Shown here: one piece after another, positions 1 to 10,716 of the stretch
Position numbering within the stretch: position 1 is the first letter of the stretch
How the letters are laid out: each line of letters begins with the position of its first letter
DNA from: an uncultured Methylomirabilota bacterium
GTDB taxonomy: Bacteria > Methylomirabilota > Methylomirabilia > Methylomirabilales > 2-02-FULL-66-22
Assembly: GCA_963705305.1 (NCBI GenBank)
Contig: OY970067.1
Location: forward strand, 2,912,001-2,976,000
Reading direction: 5' to 3'
Length of the DNA: 64,000 bases
The notes under the pieces: generated by a model
What the model saw: the letters and a program-made list of their open reading frames with translations, nothing else
What the model was told of the DNA's origin: nothing
The model's database searches: none
Position numbers and translations under genes: made by a program

Positions 1-564
1 CTGCGGTGTGTGGAGGGGTGGTCCATGGTCATCCCATGGATCGGCTATCCGCTGTCGGTGCTGTTGAAGAAGGTCGAACCGGCCAGCCAGGCCCGGTTCG
101 CGGAGTTCACGACGCTCCTGGATCCCGAGCAGTTCCCGGCGCAGCGACCGGGCCCATTCAATCTTGGCGGCCTGGACTGGCCCTACACGGAAGGACTCCG
201 GCTGGACGAGGCCATGCACCCCCTCACCCTGCTCACCTTCGGCATGTACGGCCAGGTCTTGCCGAATCAGGACGGAGCCCCCATCCGGGTGGTGGTGCCG
301 TGGAAATACGGCTTCAAGAGCGCCAAATCCCTGGTGCGGATCCGCCTGACGACGGAGCAGCCCAAGACCACGTGGTCGTCGGCGGCGCCCAACGAGTACG
401 GCTTCTATTCCAACGTCAACCCCACCGTGGATCATCCCCGCTGGAGCCAGGCCAGCGAGCGGCGCATCGGGGAGTTTCTGCGGCGCAAGACGCTGATGTT
501 CAACGGCTACGCCGACCAGGTGGCCTCCCTGTATGCGGGCATGGACCTGCGGAAAAATTTCTGA
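1..564 (+). CDS. msrP: Protein-methionine-sulfoxide reductase catalytic subunit (3' part; gene starts upstream of window)
   Basis: Motifs [68 protein letters not shown]; followed by msrQ. Confidence 0.97.
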   Translation: MRCVEGWSMVIPWIGYPLSVLLKKVEPASQARFAEFTTLLDPEQFPAQRPGPFNLGGLDWPYTEGLRLDEAMHPLTLLTFGMYGQVLPNQDGAPIRVVVPWKYGFKSAKSLVRIRLTTEQPKTTWSSAAPNEYGFYSNVNPTVDHPRWSQASERRIGEFLRRKTLMFNGYADQVASLYAGMDLRKNF

Positions 565-574
565 GGGGAGCGGC

Positions 575-1225
575 GTGGCGACGCAAACGCGCATCGGGCT
601 CAAGGCGGCCGCCTGGATCCTGTGTCTCCTGCCGCTCGTCCTGCTGGTCCGGCTGGCGGTCACCGGCGGCCTGGGGCCCAACCCCATCAGCTTTGCGACC
701 AACTGGCTGGGCCAGTGGACGTTTCGCCTGCTGCTGATGACCCTGGCCCTGACCCCCCTGCGCGTGCTGCTCGGCATCCGCTGGCCGCTCCAGCTCCGCC
801 GGCTCCTGGGTCTATTCGCCTTCTTCTATGCCTGCCTGCACTTCGCCGTCTGGGTGGTCGTGGACCACTTCTTCAACTGGCCGGAGATGTGGGCCGACAT
901 TCTGAAGCGCCGCTATGTCACCGTCGGCATGCTGGCGCTGCTGCTCCTGGTCCCCCTGGCCGTGACGTTGACCCGCGGAATGGTAAAGCGGCTGGGCGGC
1001 GCGCGCTGGCGGCGGCTGCACCGGCTGGTCTACCCCGTGGGCGTCCTGGCGGCCCTGCATTTTCTTTGGCTTGCCAAAGTCGGCCGTGTTGATCAGTATG
1101 TATACGCGGCAATCCTGGCCCTGCTCTTGGGGATCCGGGTCGTGGATGCGCTGCGCCGCCGGCTGCGCCGCCGGGCTGCTGCCCCGGCGGCCAGCTCTGG
1201 CCTCCTGGCGGAATCCGGCAAATAG
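575..1225 (+). CDS. msrQ: Protein-methionine-sulfoxide reductase heme-binding membrane subunit
   Basis: GTG start after GGGGAG; RRLLGLFAFFYACLH and WRRLHRLVY heme-His motifs; directly downstream of msrP. Confidence 0.95.
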   Translation: MATQTRIGLKAAAWILCLLPLVLLVRLAVTGGLGPNPISFATNWLGQWTFRLLLMTLALTPLRVLLGIRWPLQLRRLLGLFAFFYACLHFAVWVVVDHFFNWPEMWADILKRRYVTVGMLALLLLVPLAVTLTRGMVKRLGGARWRRLHRLVYPVGVLAALHFLWLAKVGRVDQYVYAAILALLLGIRVVDALRRRLRRRAAAPAASSGLLAESGK

Positions 1226-1244
1226 TGTCCGCGGCCGTTGACCC

Positions 1245-1916
1245 TCAGCTTTCCCCCGGCCAGGATTCTCCCCGCCAGCACATCTCCCAGAAGAGCCATT
1301 CGTATCGGCTGGAGAGGACGAAGAGATCGACCAGCCGCTCTCGCTTGGCAGGCGTGGCGCCCTCGGCCAGGCGATTCATCTCCGCCTTGAGCCACTCCGC
1401 GGCCTGGACGAAGTCGTCGGAGGCGTACTGGACGATCCAGTCGGCGTAGCGTTGATCCGACGGGGGACGGCCCCGACTCAGGTGCTCCGCGATGTACACG
1501 TATCCCCAGGCGCAGGGCAGCAGGGCGGCGACGAGATCGGCCAGGTCCCCGTCGGCCGCGGTGCGGATGAGGAAGTCGGTGTACGCCCGCGTGGTCGGCC
1601 ATATCGGCGTGGCTTCCAGGTCGCCGACCGTGATGCCGAAGCGCCGGGCGTAGCCGCGGTGAAGGGCCATCTCGGTGTTGAGCGTCAAGTGGAGGACCGA
1701 CGCGTACCACCCCATGGACTCCAGCCGGTCGGCCTTGGCCACCGCCCAGGCGAAGACGCGGGCGAAGTCCTTGAGATAGACGTAATCCTGACAGATGTAC
1801 CGCTTGAATCGCTCCTCCTCCACGGACCCGTCGGCAATCCCCCTGACGAATGGGTGGTCGAGCTGGGCATCCCAGATCGGCTTGGCGGCTGTGTAGAGAT
1901 CGTCCGCAAATGCCAT
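1245..1916 (-). CDS. tenA: Thiaminase II / aminopyrimidine aminohydrolase
   Basis: HPFV, YICQDYVYL, LLPCAWGY (catalytic Cys), YADWI, EWLFWEM motifs; AGGAGG RBS. Confidence 0.93.
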   Translation of the reverse strand: MAFADDLYTAAKPIWDAQLDHPFVRGIADGSVEEERFKRYICQDYVYLKDFARVFAWAVAKADRLESMGWYASVLHLTLNTEMALHRGYARRFGITVGDLEATPIWPTTRAYTDFLIRTAADGDLADLVAALLPCAWGYVYIAEHLSRGRPPSDQRYADWIVQYASDDFVQAAEWLKAEMNRLAEGATPAKRERLVDLFVLSSRYEWLFWEMCWRGESWPGES

Positions 1917-2135
1917 CGGTCATCCTCCTTCCTGCACGGCGCCGTCGCTCCCACGGGCCCGACTGTATGGCCGGCCGATGCCCGCCGTCAAGGGGGAGAC
2001 GCTGCCAGGCCAAACCGTCCCGCTACCCTCCCCACAAAGCTTGTGCTAGTCTAGGAGTCCCGGGCGGCGGACACGGTTGGGGGTCCGGCGGCCCGGCACT
2101 GTCTGGTGTTCCCGCAGGGGTGAAGGAGATTCGAC

Positions 2136-3116
2136 ATGCACTACGTCAACCTGGGAAAGTCCGGGCTCAAGGTGTCCCGCGTGTGTCTGGGGATGATGTC
2201 CTATGGCGACAAGCGGTGGCGCGAGTGGACGCTGGGCGAGGAGGAAGCCCGGCCGATCGTCCGGCGTGCGGCGGAGCTGGGGATCAATTTCTACGACACC
2301 GCCAACGTATACTCGCAGGGCGTCAGCGAGGAGATCACCGGCAAGCTACTGAAGGAGATCTACGCCGGGCGGGACGAGTACGTGGTGGCCACCAAGGTCC
2401 ACGGAGTCATGGGAGAGGGACCCAACCAGCGGGGGCTCTCGCGCAAGCACATCCTGGAGAGCATGGATGCCTCGCTCCGTCGGCTGGGACTCGCGTACGT
2501 GGACCTCTACCAGACCCACCGCTGGGACCCCGTCACCCCCATCGAGGAGACGCTGGCCGCCCTGGACGATCTGGTGCGGGCGGGCAAGACGCGGTACATC
2601 GGGGCCTCCAGCATGTACGCCTGGCAGTTCGCCAAAGCGCTGTATACGGCCGACCTCAGGGGCTGGAGCCGCTTCGTCTCCATGCAGAACCACTACAATG
2701 TGATCTACCGGGAGGAGGAGCGCGAGATGATCCCGCTCTGCCTCGACCAGGGGATCGGCATCATCCCATGGAGCCCGCTGGCCCGCGGCTTTGTGATCGG
2801 CAACCGGACCGCCCAGAAGGGGGGAGACACCGCGCGGGCCAGGAGCGACGGCTTCGCCCACAGCCTGTACTACCAGCCCACCGACTTCGAGATCGCCGAC
2901 CGGGTCGGCCAGGTGGCGGAGCGGCTCGGCCTGCCGCGGGCGAGGGTGGCCCTGGCCTGGGTGCTCGGCAAAGCCGGCATCACCTGTCCTATCGTGGGGG
3001 CGACCAAGCTCTCCCACGTGGACGATGCCGTGGCGGCCGTGGACATCCGGCTGGATGACGAGGATGTCGCCCGGCTTGAAGCGCCCTACCGGCCCAAGCC
3101 GGTCCTCGGGATGTAA
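2136..3116 (+). CDS. Aldo/keto reductase (YajO-like)
   Basis: LGKSGLKVSRVCLG, DTANVYS, ATK, DLYQTHRWD, SMQNHYN, IPWSPLARG. Confidence 0.93.
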   Translation: MHYVNLGKSGLKVSRVCLGMMSYGDKRWREWTLGEEEARPIVRRAAELGINFYDTANVYSQGVSEEITGKLLKEIYAGRDEYVVATKVHGVMGEGPNQRGLSRKHILESMDASLRRLGLAYVDLYQTHRWDPVTPIEETLAALDDLVRAGKTRYIGASSMYAWQFAKALYTADLRGWSRFVSMQNHYNVIYREEEREMIPLCLDQGIGIIPWSPLARGFVIGNRTAQKGGDTARARSDGFAHSLYYQPTDFEIADRVGQVAERLGLPRARVALAWVLGKAGITCPIVGATKLSHVDDAVAAVDIRLDDEDVARLEAPYRPKPVLGM

Positions 3117-3154
3117 GCAACGTCTCTCCATGTCCGGAAGACCGCAGTTTGGTC

Positions 3155-3190
3155 TTGACACGGGGCGTGGATTGGAAAAAAGTTAACTTT
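3155..3190 (+). promoter_or_regulatory. Putative sigma70 promoter with palindromic operator
   Basis: TTGACA at 3155-3160; perfect palindrome AAAGTTAACTTT at 3179-3190 over the expected -10 region; AT-rich patch in GC-rich DNA. Confidence 0.5.
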
Positions 3191-3396
3191 CCTGAGTGGT
3201 GTTGTGCGTTCGTCCGAATCCCTACGCACGGGGCCGCGGGGCCGGCGGGGGGTCCTGGGGGATGCAGAGACCAGAAGAGAGGATGGGAGCGGACCCGAGG
3301 CGGGCAGACCGCGGCTGCATCGCCGCCGTCGACCATCCTTCTCGACCAGAAAGGAGGGTGGCCGTGGTCCGGACATCCGGCCCAGGCCGACATGTC

Positions 3397-4416
3397 ATGA
3401 AGCGCACGCTGATTGTCAGCACGATGCTGGCCCTAATGATCGGGGGCGCCGGGGTGGCCAGGGCGGCGGATCTGGTGATCTACGCGGCGCTGGATACCAA
3501 GACCATCGGGGAGATTGCCCAAGCCTTCACCAAGGCCACAGGTCTGACGGCGGAGGTCGCCCTGCAGATCGAACAGGCCGGGACCATCTCCTCCCGGATC
3601 AAGACTGAGGCGGCCACCCCCCGGGCCGACATCTTCATCGGGGGCAACTCCTCCATCCATGACAGCCTGGCCCACGAGGGATTCCTGGCCAAGTATGTCT
3701 CCCCCGAGGTGGCCAAGGCCCGGATTGACAAGAAATACATGGACCCCGACGGCTTCTGGAGCGGCTGGTATCTGGGCGCCCTGGCCATTTTGGTAAACCA
3801 GAAGCGATTCCAGGCCGAAATCGCCCCCAAGGGCATCCACCTGCCCACCACCTGGGATGATCTCTTGAATCCGGCCTACAAGGGCGAGATCATCGGGGCC
3901 AATCCCACCACCACGGGTGGGGCGGTGATCTTCGTGGCCACCCAGATCTTCCGGCTGGGAAGCATGGACAAGGGCTTCGAGTACATCGCCCAGCTCAACA
4001 AGAACGTCTCCCAGTACACGCCGGGAGCCAACGGCTCGATTCCGCTGGTGGCTCAGGGTCAGGCCATCGCGGGGGTGGCCTGGGGGCACGACCTGATCCG
4101 TCAGAAGCGGGCGGAGAACCTCCCCGTGGATGTGATCTTCCCCAAAGACGACGGCTACGAGATCGGCGGCGTCTCCATCATCAAGGGGGCTCCGCACCTG
4201 ACCGCCGCGCAGAAGTTCGTGGACTTCATGCTGACCCCCACGCCGGAAGAGATCAATGCGCGAAACGGGCTGCGCTACCCGGTCCGCGGGGGGGTGAAGC
4301 TTCCCGAGGGCATGCCGGCCTTCGAGAGCATCCAGTTCGTGAACTACAACCAGGCCGAAGTGGCCAAGAATCTGGCCGCCTGGAATCAGCGCTGGTCCCA
4401 GATCACCGGCCAGTAG
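3397..4416 (+). CDS. ABC transporter substrate-binding protein (Fe3+/polyamine/phosphonate-like class)
   Basis: Signal peptide MKRTLIVSTMLALMIGGAGVARA; PRADIFIGG, PTTWDDLLNPAYKG, NPTTTG; followed by permease and ATPase. Confidence 0.9.
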   Translation: MKRTLIVSTMLALMIGGAGVARAADLVIYAALDTKTIGEIAQAFTKATGLTAEVALQIEQAGTISSRIKTEAATPRADIFIGGNSSIHDSLAHEGFLAKYVSPEVAKARIDKKYMDPDGFWSGWYLGALAILVNQKRFQAEIAPKGIHLPTTWDDLLNPAYKGEIIGANPTTTGGAVIFVATQIFRLGSMDKGFEYIAQLNKNVSQYTPGANGSIPLVAQGQAIAGVAWGHDLIRQKRAENLPVDVIFPKDDGYEIGGVSIIKGAPHLTAAQKFVDFMLTPTPEEINARNGLRYPVRGGVKLPEGMPAFESIQFVNYNQAEVAKNLAAWNQRWSQITGQ

Positions 4417-4442
4417 CGTCGAGAGGACTTGACTGACGGCTG

Positions 4443-4472
4443 GGCGAGCCCGGAGATCTCTCCGGGCTCGCC
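4443..4472 (+). terminator. Intercistronic hairpin (mRNA stabiliser or attenuator)
   Basis: GGCGAGCCCGGAGA-TC-TCTCCGGGCTCGCC inverted repeat between the binding-protein and permease genes; no U-tract. Confidence 0.5.
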
Positions 4473-4491
4473 GCCGTATTGAGGACGACCT

Positions 4492-6102
4492 GTGAGACGG
4501 CTGCTGCGCGAGCCGCTGCTCTTCCTGGCGCTCGCCGGAATCTTCCTGGTGCTGGGGCTGTTTGTCGTCTACCCGGTCCTCCGGGTGCTCTGGTACCCGC
4601 CCCTGCGGGCCTTCTGGACTTTCCCGGCTAATGCGCGCTACGTGGCGGCCACGCTGCACACCTTCCAGATCATGATCCTGTCCACGACCAGCGCGACGCT
4701 GGTCGGCTTCCTCTTCGCCTATGCCTTCACCCGGACCACCCTGCCGGGTAAGCGGACCCTGCGGACCATCGCGATCTTGCCGCTCTTCTCCCCGCCCTTC
4801 ATGATCGCATTCAGCTATTTGCTGATGTTCGGGCGGAACGGCCTGGTGAGCTACGGGCTGTTCGGAACGCGCTACGATATCATCGGCTGGCACGGCCTGT
4901 GGCTCTCCGAGACCATTGCCTTCTTTCCCATCGCCCTTCTGGTGATGGAGGGGGTACTTCAATCCATCGCCCCGTCGGTGGAGTACGCCGCCCGGAACCT
5001 CGGGGCGGGAGGGTGGCGGGTGTTCCGGACCGTGGTGTTCCCCCTGGCGCGGCCGGGGGTGGCCGGGGCGGCCCTCCTGGTGGCGATCTATGTTCTGGCG
5101 GACTTCGGCAACCCGATCATGATCGCGGGCAGTTTCACGGTCCTGCCGACCGAGGCGTGGACCCGAATCTCCGGCTGGGGGGATGTTAGCGGCGCCGCCG
5201 TCCTGTCCTCGATCCTCCTGGTGCCGGCCTTCGGGCTGTTTCTCCTCCAGCGGTTCTGGGTGGGCCGGCGGCAGTATGTCACCGTCACGGGAAAGACGAG
5301 CGCGCTGGCCATCCCGCCCTCCCCCTGGTACGTGGTATGGCCCCTGTTCGCCGTATGCGGTTTCGTGGCGCTCCTCATCCTGTGCGTCTTCGTGGGGCTT
5401 TTCGCCGGGGCCTTCAGCCGGGGCTGGGGCTTCGACTACACGCCCACCCTCAAACACTGGGGAGATGTGCTGGCCAGCGGGCGCGCCCTGATCCATAGTC
5501 TGGTCTTCGCGGGGGTGGCGGCAACCGCGGCCGCCCTGCTCTCCATCCTGAGCTCGTACCTGGTGTCGCGCAAGTCCTTCCCGGGCCGGGGCGCCCTCGA
5601 CTTCGTGGCCATCCTCCCCGCCGCCATCCCGGGCGTGGTGTTCGGCATCGGCTATTCCCTGGCCTTCAGTGCCCCGCCCATGGATCTGTACGGGACGGCC
5701 AGCATCATCATCCTCAGCATGATCTTCTGGAACATCCCCATGGGCTACCAGACCGGCATCGGGCAGCTGAAGCAGATTGCCCCCTCCCTGGGCGAGGCCG
5801 CCGCCAACATGGGGGCGGGGAGCCTCCGGACGTTCTGGGACATCGAGCTGCCCTTGCTCAAGTCCTCGCTGGTGTCCGCGTTCGTCGTCTCTTTCATCCG
5901 GGCGGTCACCACGCTCTCCGTCATCGTGTTCCTGGTGACCTCGCAGAACGTGGTGGCGACCTTCACGATCCTCAATCTGACCAACGACGGCTACCGGGGC
6001 GCGGCCGCGGCCCTCACCACGGCCCTCCTGGTCCTGAGCGGGGCCGTCCTGGCAACCTCCCGCCTCCTGTTCGGGCGGCACGTGGAGCTGTTTCGCATAT
6101 GA
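4492..6102 (+). CDS. ABC transporter permease (duplicated FbpB-type)
   Basis: Two EAA loops (EYAARNLGAG, EAAANMGAG); many hydrophobic segments. Confidence 0.93.
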   Translation: MRRLLREPLLFLALAGIFLVLGLFVVYPVLRVLWYPPLRAFWTFPANARYVAATLHTFQIMILSTTSATLVGFLFAYAFTRTTLPGKRTLRTIAILPLFSPPFMIAFSYLLMFGRNGLVSYGLFGTRYDIIGWHGLWLSETIAFFPIALLVMEGVLQSIAPSVEYAARNLGAGGWRVFRTVVFPLARPGVAGAALLVAIYVLADFGNPIMIAGSFTVLPTEAWTRISGWGDVSGAAVLSSILLVPAFGLFLLQRFWVGRRQYVTVTGKTSALAIPPSPWYVVWPLFAVCGFVALLILCVFVGLFAGAFSRGWGFDYTPTLKHWGDVLASGRALIHSLVFAGVAATAAALLSILSSYLVSRKSFPGRGALDFVAILPAAIPGVVFGIGYSLAFSAPPMDLYGTASIIILSMIFWNIPMGYQTGIGQLKQIAPSLGEAAANMGAGSLRTFWDIELPLLKSSLVSAFVVSFIRAVTTLSVIVFLVTSQNVVATFTILNLTNDGYRGAAAALTTALLVLSGAVLATSRLLFGRHVELFRI

Positions 6103-7224
6103 CGGACGCGCCGGCGCACATCGCCATTCGCCACCTGACCAAGCGCTTCGGTCCGGTGACCGCGGTGCGGGACGTTCTCGCTGGAGATCCCCCGGGGCAG
6201 CTTCACGACGCTCTTGGGGCCCAGCGGCTGCGGCAAGACCACCATCCTGCGGACGCTGGCCGGCTTCTACGAGCCCGACGAGGGGGAGATCTTCATCGGC
6301 GGCCGGCGGGTCAACGACATTCCCTCCCACCGGCGAAACGCCGCCATGGTGTTCCAGGACTACGCCCTGTTTCCCCACATGACCGTGGCCGAGAATGTGG
6401 CCTATGGCCTGAAGATTGCCGGCCTCCGGCGGGAGATCATCCGACGCAAGGTCGAGCAAACCCTCCAGGACCTCGGCCTGGCCGGTCTGGGAGAGCGCAT
6501 GCCGGGGATGCTCAGCGGGGGTCAACAGCAGCGGGTGGCCCTGGCCCGGGTGCTGGTCATGGAGCCGGAGGTCCTGCTCCTCGACGAGCCCCTGTCCAAC
6601 CTGGATGCCAAGCTGCGGGTGACGATCCGCGCGGAGCTGCGGCAGATCCACCGGCGGGTCGGCATCACCACCGTGTATGTCACCCACGACCAGGAGGAGG
6701 CCCTGGCCATCTCGGACCGGATCGCCGTGATGCACCAAGGACAGGTGGCGCAGTACGGCAGCCCCTGGGAGGTCTACTTCACTCCCGCCAACATGTTCGT
6801 GGCCGACTTCGTGGGGACGGCCAATTTCATCCGCGGCCGGATCCGCGAGGTGCACGGGGACCGGTTCGTCCTGGAGTTCCACGGCGGATCGATTCCGGTC
6901 CATGCCCCGAGCGCGGGGCTCCAGGCGGGTGCGGAGGCGATCCTCAGCATCCGCCCCGAGGCCATCGGCATCACGGCCGCGCCGCCAGCGGGGAACGAGG
7001 CCGCTGTCCTGGAGGGGACGATCCGGACCCACACCTTCGTGGGGCAGTGGGTACGGTACTGGGTCGACGTCGAGCCGCCACCGGGCGGGCCCGCCCAGGA
7101 GGTCATCGTGGATGTGCCGGATCCCCGCGAGCGGGGCATCCTGGACGGGCACGTGTTCCTCCGCCTGGATCCCGCCAAGCTCCACCATCTGCGCGGATCC
7201 GAACAGATTTTCACCGGGTTCTGA
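6099..7224 (+). CDS. ABC transporter ATP-binding protein; +1 frameshift at 6171-6177, probably a sequencing artefact
   Basis: Span is 3n+1; removing one T from GACGTTC joins ...TAVRDV to SLEIPRGSFTTLLGPSGCGKTT; LSGGQQQR, LLLDEP, VTHD motifs. Confidence 0.92.
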
Positions 7225-7356
7225 GCGCCCGTCGCGCTTGCCCGGGGCAGGGAAACGTGTTAAGGTGACCCGCCGGTCGAGCGGGGTGATCCGCTGCCCC
7301 TGACGGCACGGAACGGCCGGCGTGCGAGGGATTCCAGGCTCGCGAGGAGGAGTGGG

Positions 7357-9027
7357 ATGCGAAGCGATATGGTAAAGAAGGGGTACGAGAAGGCACCGCA
7401 CCGCAGCCTGCTGCGGGCCGTGGGGCTTTCCGATGCCGATTTCGACAAGCCGTTCATCGGGGTGGCCAACTCCTATGTTGGCATCATCCCGGGACACGTA
7501 CACCTGCAAGAGGTTGGCCGGGTCGTGCGGGAGGCCATCCGGGAGGCCGGCGGGGTGCCCTTTGAGTTCAACACCATCGGCGTGGACGACGGGATCGCCA
7601 TGGGGCACACCGGGATGCGCTACTCGCTGCCCAGCCGGGAGCTCATCGCGGACGCCATCGAGACCATGGCCATGGCCCACTGCTTCGACGGTCTGGTGCT
7701 GATCGGAAACTGCGACAAGATCGTCCCGGGGATGCTGATGGCGGCCGTGCGGGTCAATATTCCCGCCATTTATGTGAGCGGCGGCCCCATGACCGCCGGC
7801 AAGACGGCCACCGGCCGCGTCGTGGACCTGGCCACGGTCTTCGAGGGGGTGGGGGCGTATTCGGCGGGGAAGCTCGACGATGCCGGCCTGCTGGAGCTGG
7901 AAAAGACGGGCTGCCCCACCTGTGGCTCGTGCTCGGGCATGTTCACGGCCAATTCGATGAACTGCCTGGCCGAGGCGCTGGGCATGGCCTTGCCCGGCAA
8001 CGGGACCATCCTGGCCGTGGACGAGCGGCGGCAGGCCCTCTACCGGTCGGCGGGGCGGCAGATCCTGAAGCTGGTCGAGTCCAATCTCAGGCCGCGCGAC
8101 ATCGTGACCCGCGAGGCCGTCGACAACGCCTTCTGCCTGGATATGGCCATGGGGGGCTCGACCAACACCGTGCTGCACACGCTGGCCATTGCCCACGAGG
8201 CCGGGGTCGAGTACTCGCTGGACCGGATTAACCAACTCTCGGACCGGGTCCCGTACCTCTGCAAGGTGAGCCCGGCGGGTCACCACCACGTGGAGGATGT
8301 GGATCGGGCGGGAGGCATCAGCGCCATCCTGAAGCGCCTGGCCGACAAGGGCGACGCCCTCAGGCTGGAGTGCCCCACCGTCACGGGGAAGACCCTGGGC
8401 GAGGTGATTCGGGAGGCCCGGGTGAAAGACGAGGATGTCATCCGTCCGCTCGCCAGCCCGTACCGGGCCACCGGCGGCCTCACGATCCTCTTCGGTAACC
8501 TGGCCCCCGAGGGGGGAGTCGTCAAGGCGGGCGGTGTGGCCCCCGAGATGATGCGACACGAGGGGCCGGCGGTGATCTTTGAGTCGCAGGACGAGGCGCT
8601 GGCCGGGATCCTGGCCGGCGAGGTGAAGGCGGGGGACGTGGTGGTGATCCGGTACGAAGGGCCGCGGGGCGGTCCCGGGATGCAGGAGATGCTCTCGCCG
8701 ACCTCGGCAATCATCGGGCGCGGTCTGGGCAAATCGGTGTCCCTCATCACCGACGGCCGGTTTTCCGGCGCCAGCCACGGGGCCTGCATCTGCCATGTCT
8801 CTCCCGAGGCGGCTGCCGGCGGCCCCATCGGCCTGCTCAGGCCGGGAGACCGGATCCGCGTCGACATCGAGAAGCGGCTCCTGGAGGTGGACCTCGGCGA
8901 GGCCGAGCTGAAGGCGCGTCGCGCCAATTGGAAGGCGCCGGAGCCTCGCGTGAAGAGCGGATGGCTGCATCGCTATTCCAAGATGGTGACGTCGGGGAGC
9001 CGTGGAGCGGTCCTGCGGGTCGAGTAG
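7357..9027 (+). CDS. ilvD: Dihydroxy-acid dehydratase
   Basis: [62 protein letters not shown]. Confidence 0.97.
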   Translation: MRSDMVKKGYEKAPHRSLLRAVGLSDADFDKPFIGVANSYVGIIPGHVHLQEVGRVVREAIREAGGVPFEFNTIGVDDGIAMGHTGMRYSLPSRELIADAIETMAMAHCFDGLVLIGNCDKIVPGMLMAAVRVNIPAIYVSGGPMTAGKTATGRVVDLATVFEGVGAYSAGKLDDAGLLELEKTGCPTCGSCSGMFTANSMNCLAEALGMALPGNGTILAVDERRQALYRSAGRQILKLVESNLRPRDIVTREAVDNAFCLDMAMGGSTNTVLHTLAIAHEAGVEYSLDRINQLSDRVPYLCKVSPAGHHHVEDVDRAGGISAILKRLADKGDALRLECPTVTGKTLGEVIREARVKDEDVIRPLASPYRATGGLTILFGNLAPEGGVVKAGGVAPEMMRHEGPAVIFESQDEALAGILAGEVKAGDVVVIRYEGPRGGPGMQEMLSPTSAIIGRGLGKSVSLITDGRFSGASHGACICHVSPEAAAGGPIGLLRPGDRIRVDIEKRLLEVDLGEAELKARRANWKAPEPRVKSGWLHRYSKMVTSGSRGAVLRVE

Positions 9028-9050
9028 GCGGGTGCCCCGATTCAAAGGGG

Positions 9051-9096
9051 GACGCGGGGGGTGGCAAGAAGGGTGGCCGCCCCCCGTCGTCTTTTT
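9051..9096 (+). terminator. Rho-independent terminator after ilvD
   Basis: GACGCGGGGGGTGGC...GCCGCCCCCCGTCGTC stem followed by TTTTT. Confidence 0.6.
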
Positions 9097-9219
9097 CCCG
9101 GGTTCCGTCCCACTTGATTCGGCTGCCTGTCTGTGGCAGGCTGAACGGCGGCAACCCGCGGACGGCGGTGGGGGGTGCAGGCGGCTCGAATGTTTCGGCA
9201 GACGGAAGGGGGGTGCGGC

Positions 9220-10563
9220 ATGGCGGGCCGGTTCGACGGCGGGACGCGGAGGGTGGCGCTGTGCGCCCCGCTGCTGGTTCTGGCGCTGCTCGCCGCCGGT
9301 ACCGTCCGGGCGCAAGAGTCTCGAGCGGTGGGTATGCGGATCCTGGTGGTCCAGACGGAGGAGGATATGCGCGCCGCCCTGGCGGCCGTGAAGGCGGGCA
9401 CCCCGTTCGAGACGGTCGTGCGCGAGCGGTCGATCGGCCCCAACCGGGAGCGGGGCGGATACCTCGGGCGCATGGATCCTGCCGCCTTGGCGCCCGAGGC
9501 CCGGGCGGCGATCGCCGGGGTTCGCCGCGGGTCGATCAGCCCCGTCTTCCGGACCGAGGGCGGCTTCGCGGTGATCCGGGTGGTCACGACGGAGGCGGAA
9601 GAGACACTGGAGCAGCAGGGCCGGGACCGGGCCGAGGCCCTGAAGCTCCTGGAGCAGGGAACGGCGCTTGGCCAGGAGGGAAAGCTGGAGGAGGCCGTCC
9701 AGGCGCTGCAACGGGCCGTGGCGCTGGATGCGGACCTGGCGGACGCCCAGTACAACCTGGCCATCGCCTATCGTAAGCTGGGGCGTACGGATGCGGCAAT
9801 CACGGCGCTGATGCGGGTGACGCAGCTGGAGCCCCGGGACTACGAGGTGCGGATCGGCCTGGGGAATTGGCTGACCGAGCGGGGCCGCCACCTGGAGGCC
9901 AGTCAGCAATACGAGCGGGCGGCGCTGCTCCGGCTGGACTCCGTAGAGGCCTGGCGAAAGCTGGCGGAGAGCTACGAGGCCGCCGGCCAGGTCCGCGCCG
10001 CCGTAGGGGCCTACCGCCGCGTCCTGGGGCTCCTCGGCCAGGATGACCCGGCCGTCCTGACGTCCCTGCTTCGGGTGGCCCTCCAGGCCAAGGACGGACC
10101 GTCGGCGATGGAAGCCGCCCGCAAGATCGAAGCCCTTCACCAAGATCATGAAGGGTACCTGGCACTGGGGAAGGCCCTGCTCTTGAATGGTCAGACCGAA
10201 GAGGCCGTGGGCGAGCTGGAGAAGGCGGCGGCGTTGGCGCCCTCCTCGGTGGACGCGCAGGCCGCCCTGGGAACGGCCTATGCCGCACTGGGGCGATCCG
10301 ACGAGGCCATCCAGCACCTGGTCCAGGCCATCGAGCTGGGACCCAAGGATCCGGCGCTCTACCGGACGCTCTCCCGCATCTATGCGGCGTCGGGCCGCCT
10401 GGATCTCGCCATCGTCTCCCTGCGCGATGGCGTCGCCGCGGCCTCGCCACGCCCGCTCCAGGCCGAGATGATGGAGGAGCTGGCGACACTGTACGACCGC
10501 GCGGGCATGACCCGCGAGGCCGCCCGCGAGCGACGTGAGCTCCATTCCCTTCCCACCCCTTGA
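9220..10563 (+). CDS. Exported protein with parvulin/rotamase-like domain and TPR repeats
   Basis: Signal peptide; PFETVVRERSIGPNRERGGYLG and ISPVFRTEGGF (PpiC-like); multiple TPR repeats such as AQYNLAIAYRKLG and AQAALGTAYAALG. Confidence 0.8.
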   Translation: MAGRFDGGTRRVALCAPLLVLALLAAGTVRAQESRAVGMRILVVQTEEDMRAALAAVKAGTPFETVVRERSIGPNRERGGYLGRMDPAALAPEARAAIAGVRRGSISPVFRTEGGFAVIRVVTTEAEETLEQQGRDRAEALKLLEQGTALGQEGKLEEAVQALQRAVALDADLADAQYNLAIAYRKLGRTDAAITALMRVTQLEPRDYEVRIGLGNWLTERGRHLEASQQYERAALLRLDSVEAWRKLAESYEAAGQVRAAVGAYRRVLGLLGQDDPAVLTSLLRVALQAKDGPSAMEAARKIEALHQDHEGYLALGKALLLNGQTEEAVGELEKAAALAPSSVDAQAALGTAYAALGRSDEAIQHLVQAIELGPKDPALYRTLSRIYAASGRLDLAIVSLRDGVAAASPRPLQAEMMEELATLYDRAGMTREAARERRELHSLPTP

Positions 10564-10716
10564 CGTCCCCCCCAGCTCGCTATTTTCCTTGACAGGGTCG
10601 GGCGTCTTGTCCTACACAGCGATCTGCATACACGAAGGCGTTGTGCCGCGGCCCGCGCCTGGCCGGCGGGGAAGCCGCGGCGGCGGGGGGACCCGACCGC
10701 CATCAAGGAGGCCACT

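Noticed and set aside
1917..2135. TPP riboswitch upstream of tenA
   Set aside because: The conserved CTGAGA and ACCTGAT elements were not found on the minus strand.
6171..6177. Programmed ribosomal frameshifting at the GACGTTC breaks
   Set aside because: There is no slippery heptamer or shared downstream structure, the genes are unrelated, and the same motif also yields substitutions. A DNA-level cause fits better.
3433..10545. 2370-aa minus-strand ORF
   Set aside because: Shadow ORF. The five sense genes under it happen to share one codon register, and TTA/CTA/TCA codons are rare in GC-rich genes, so the antisense frame lacks stops. Its continuity also depends on the suspect extra T near 6176, and it has no recognisable domains.
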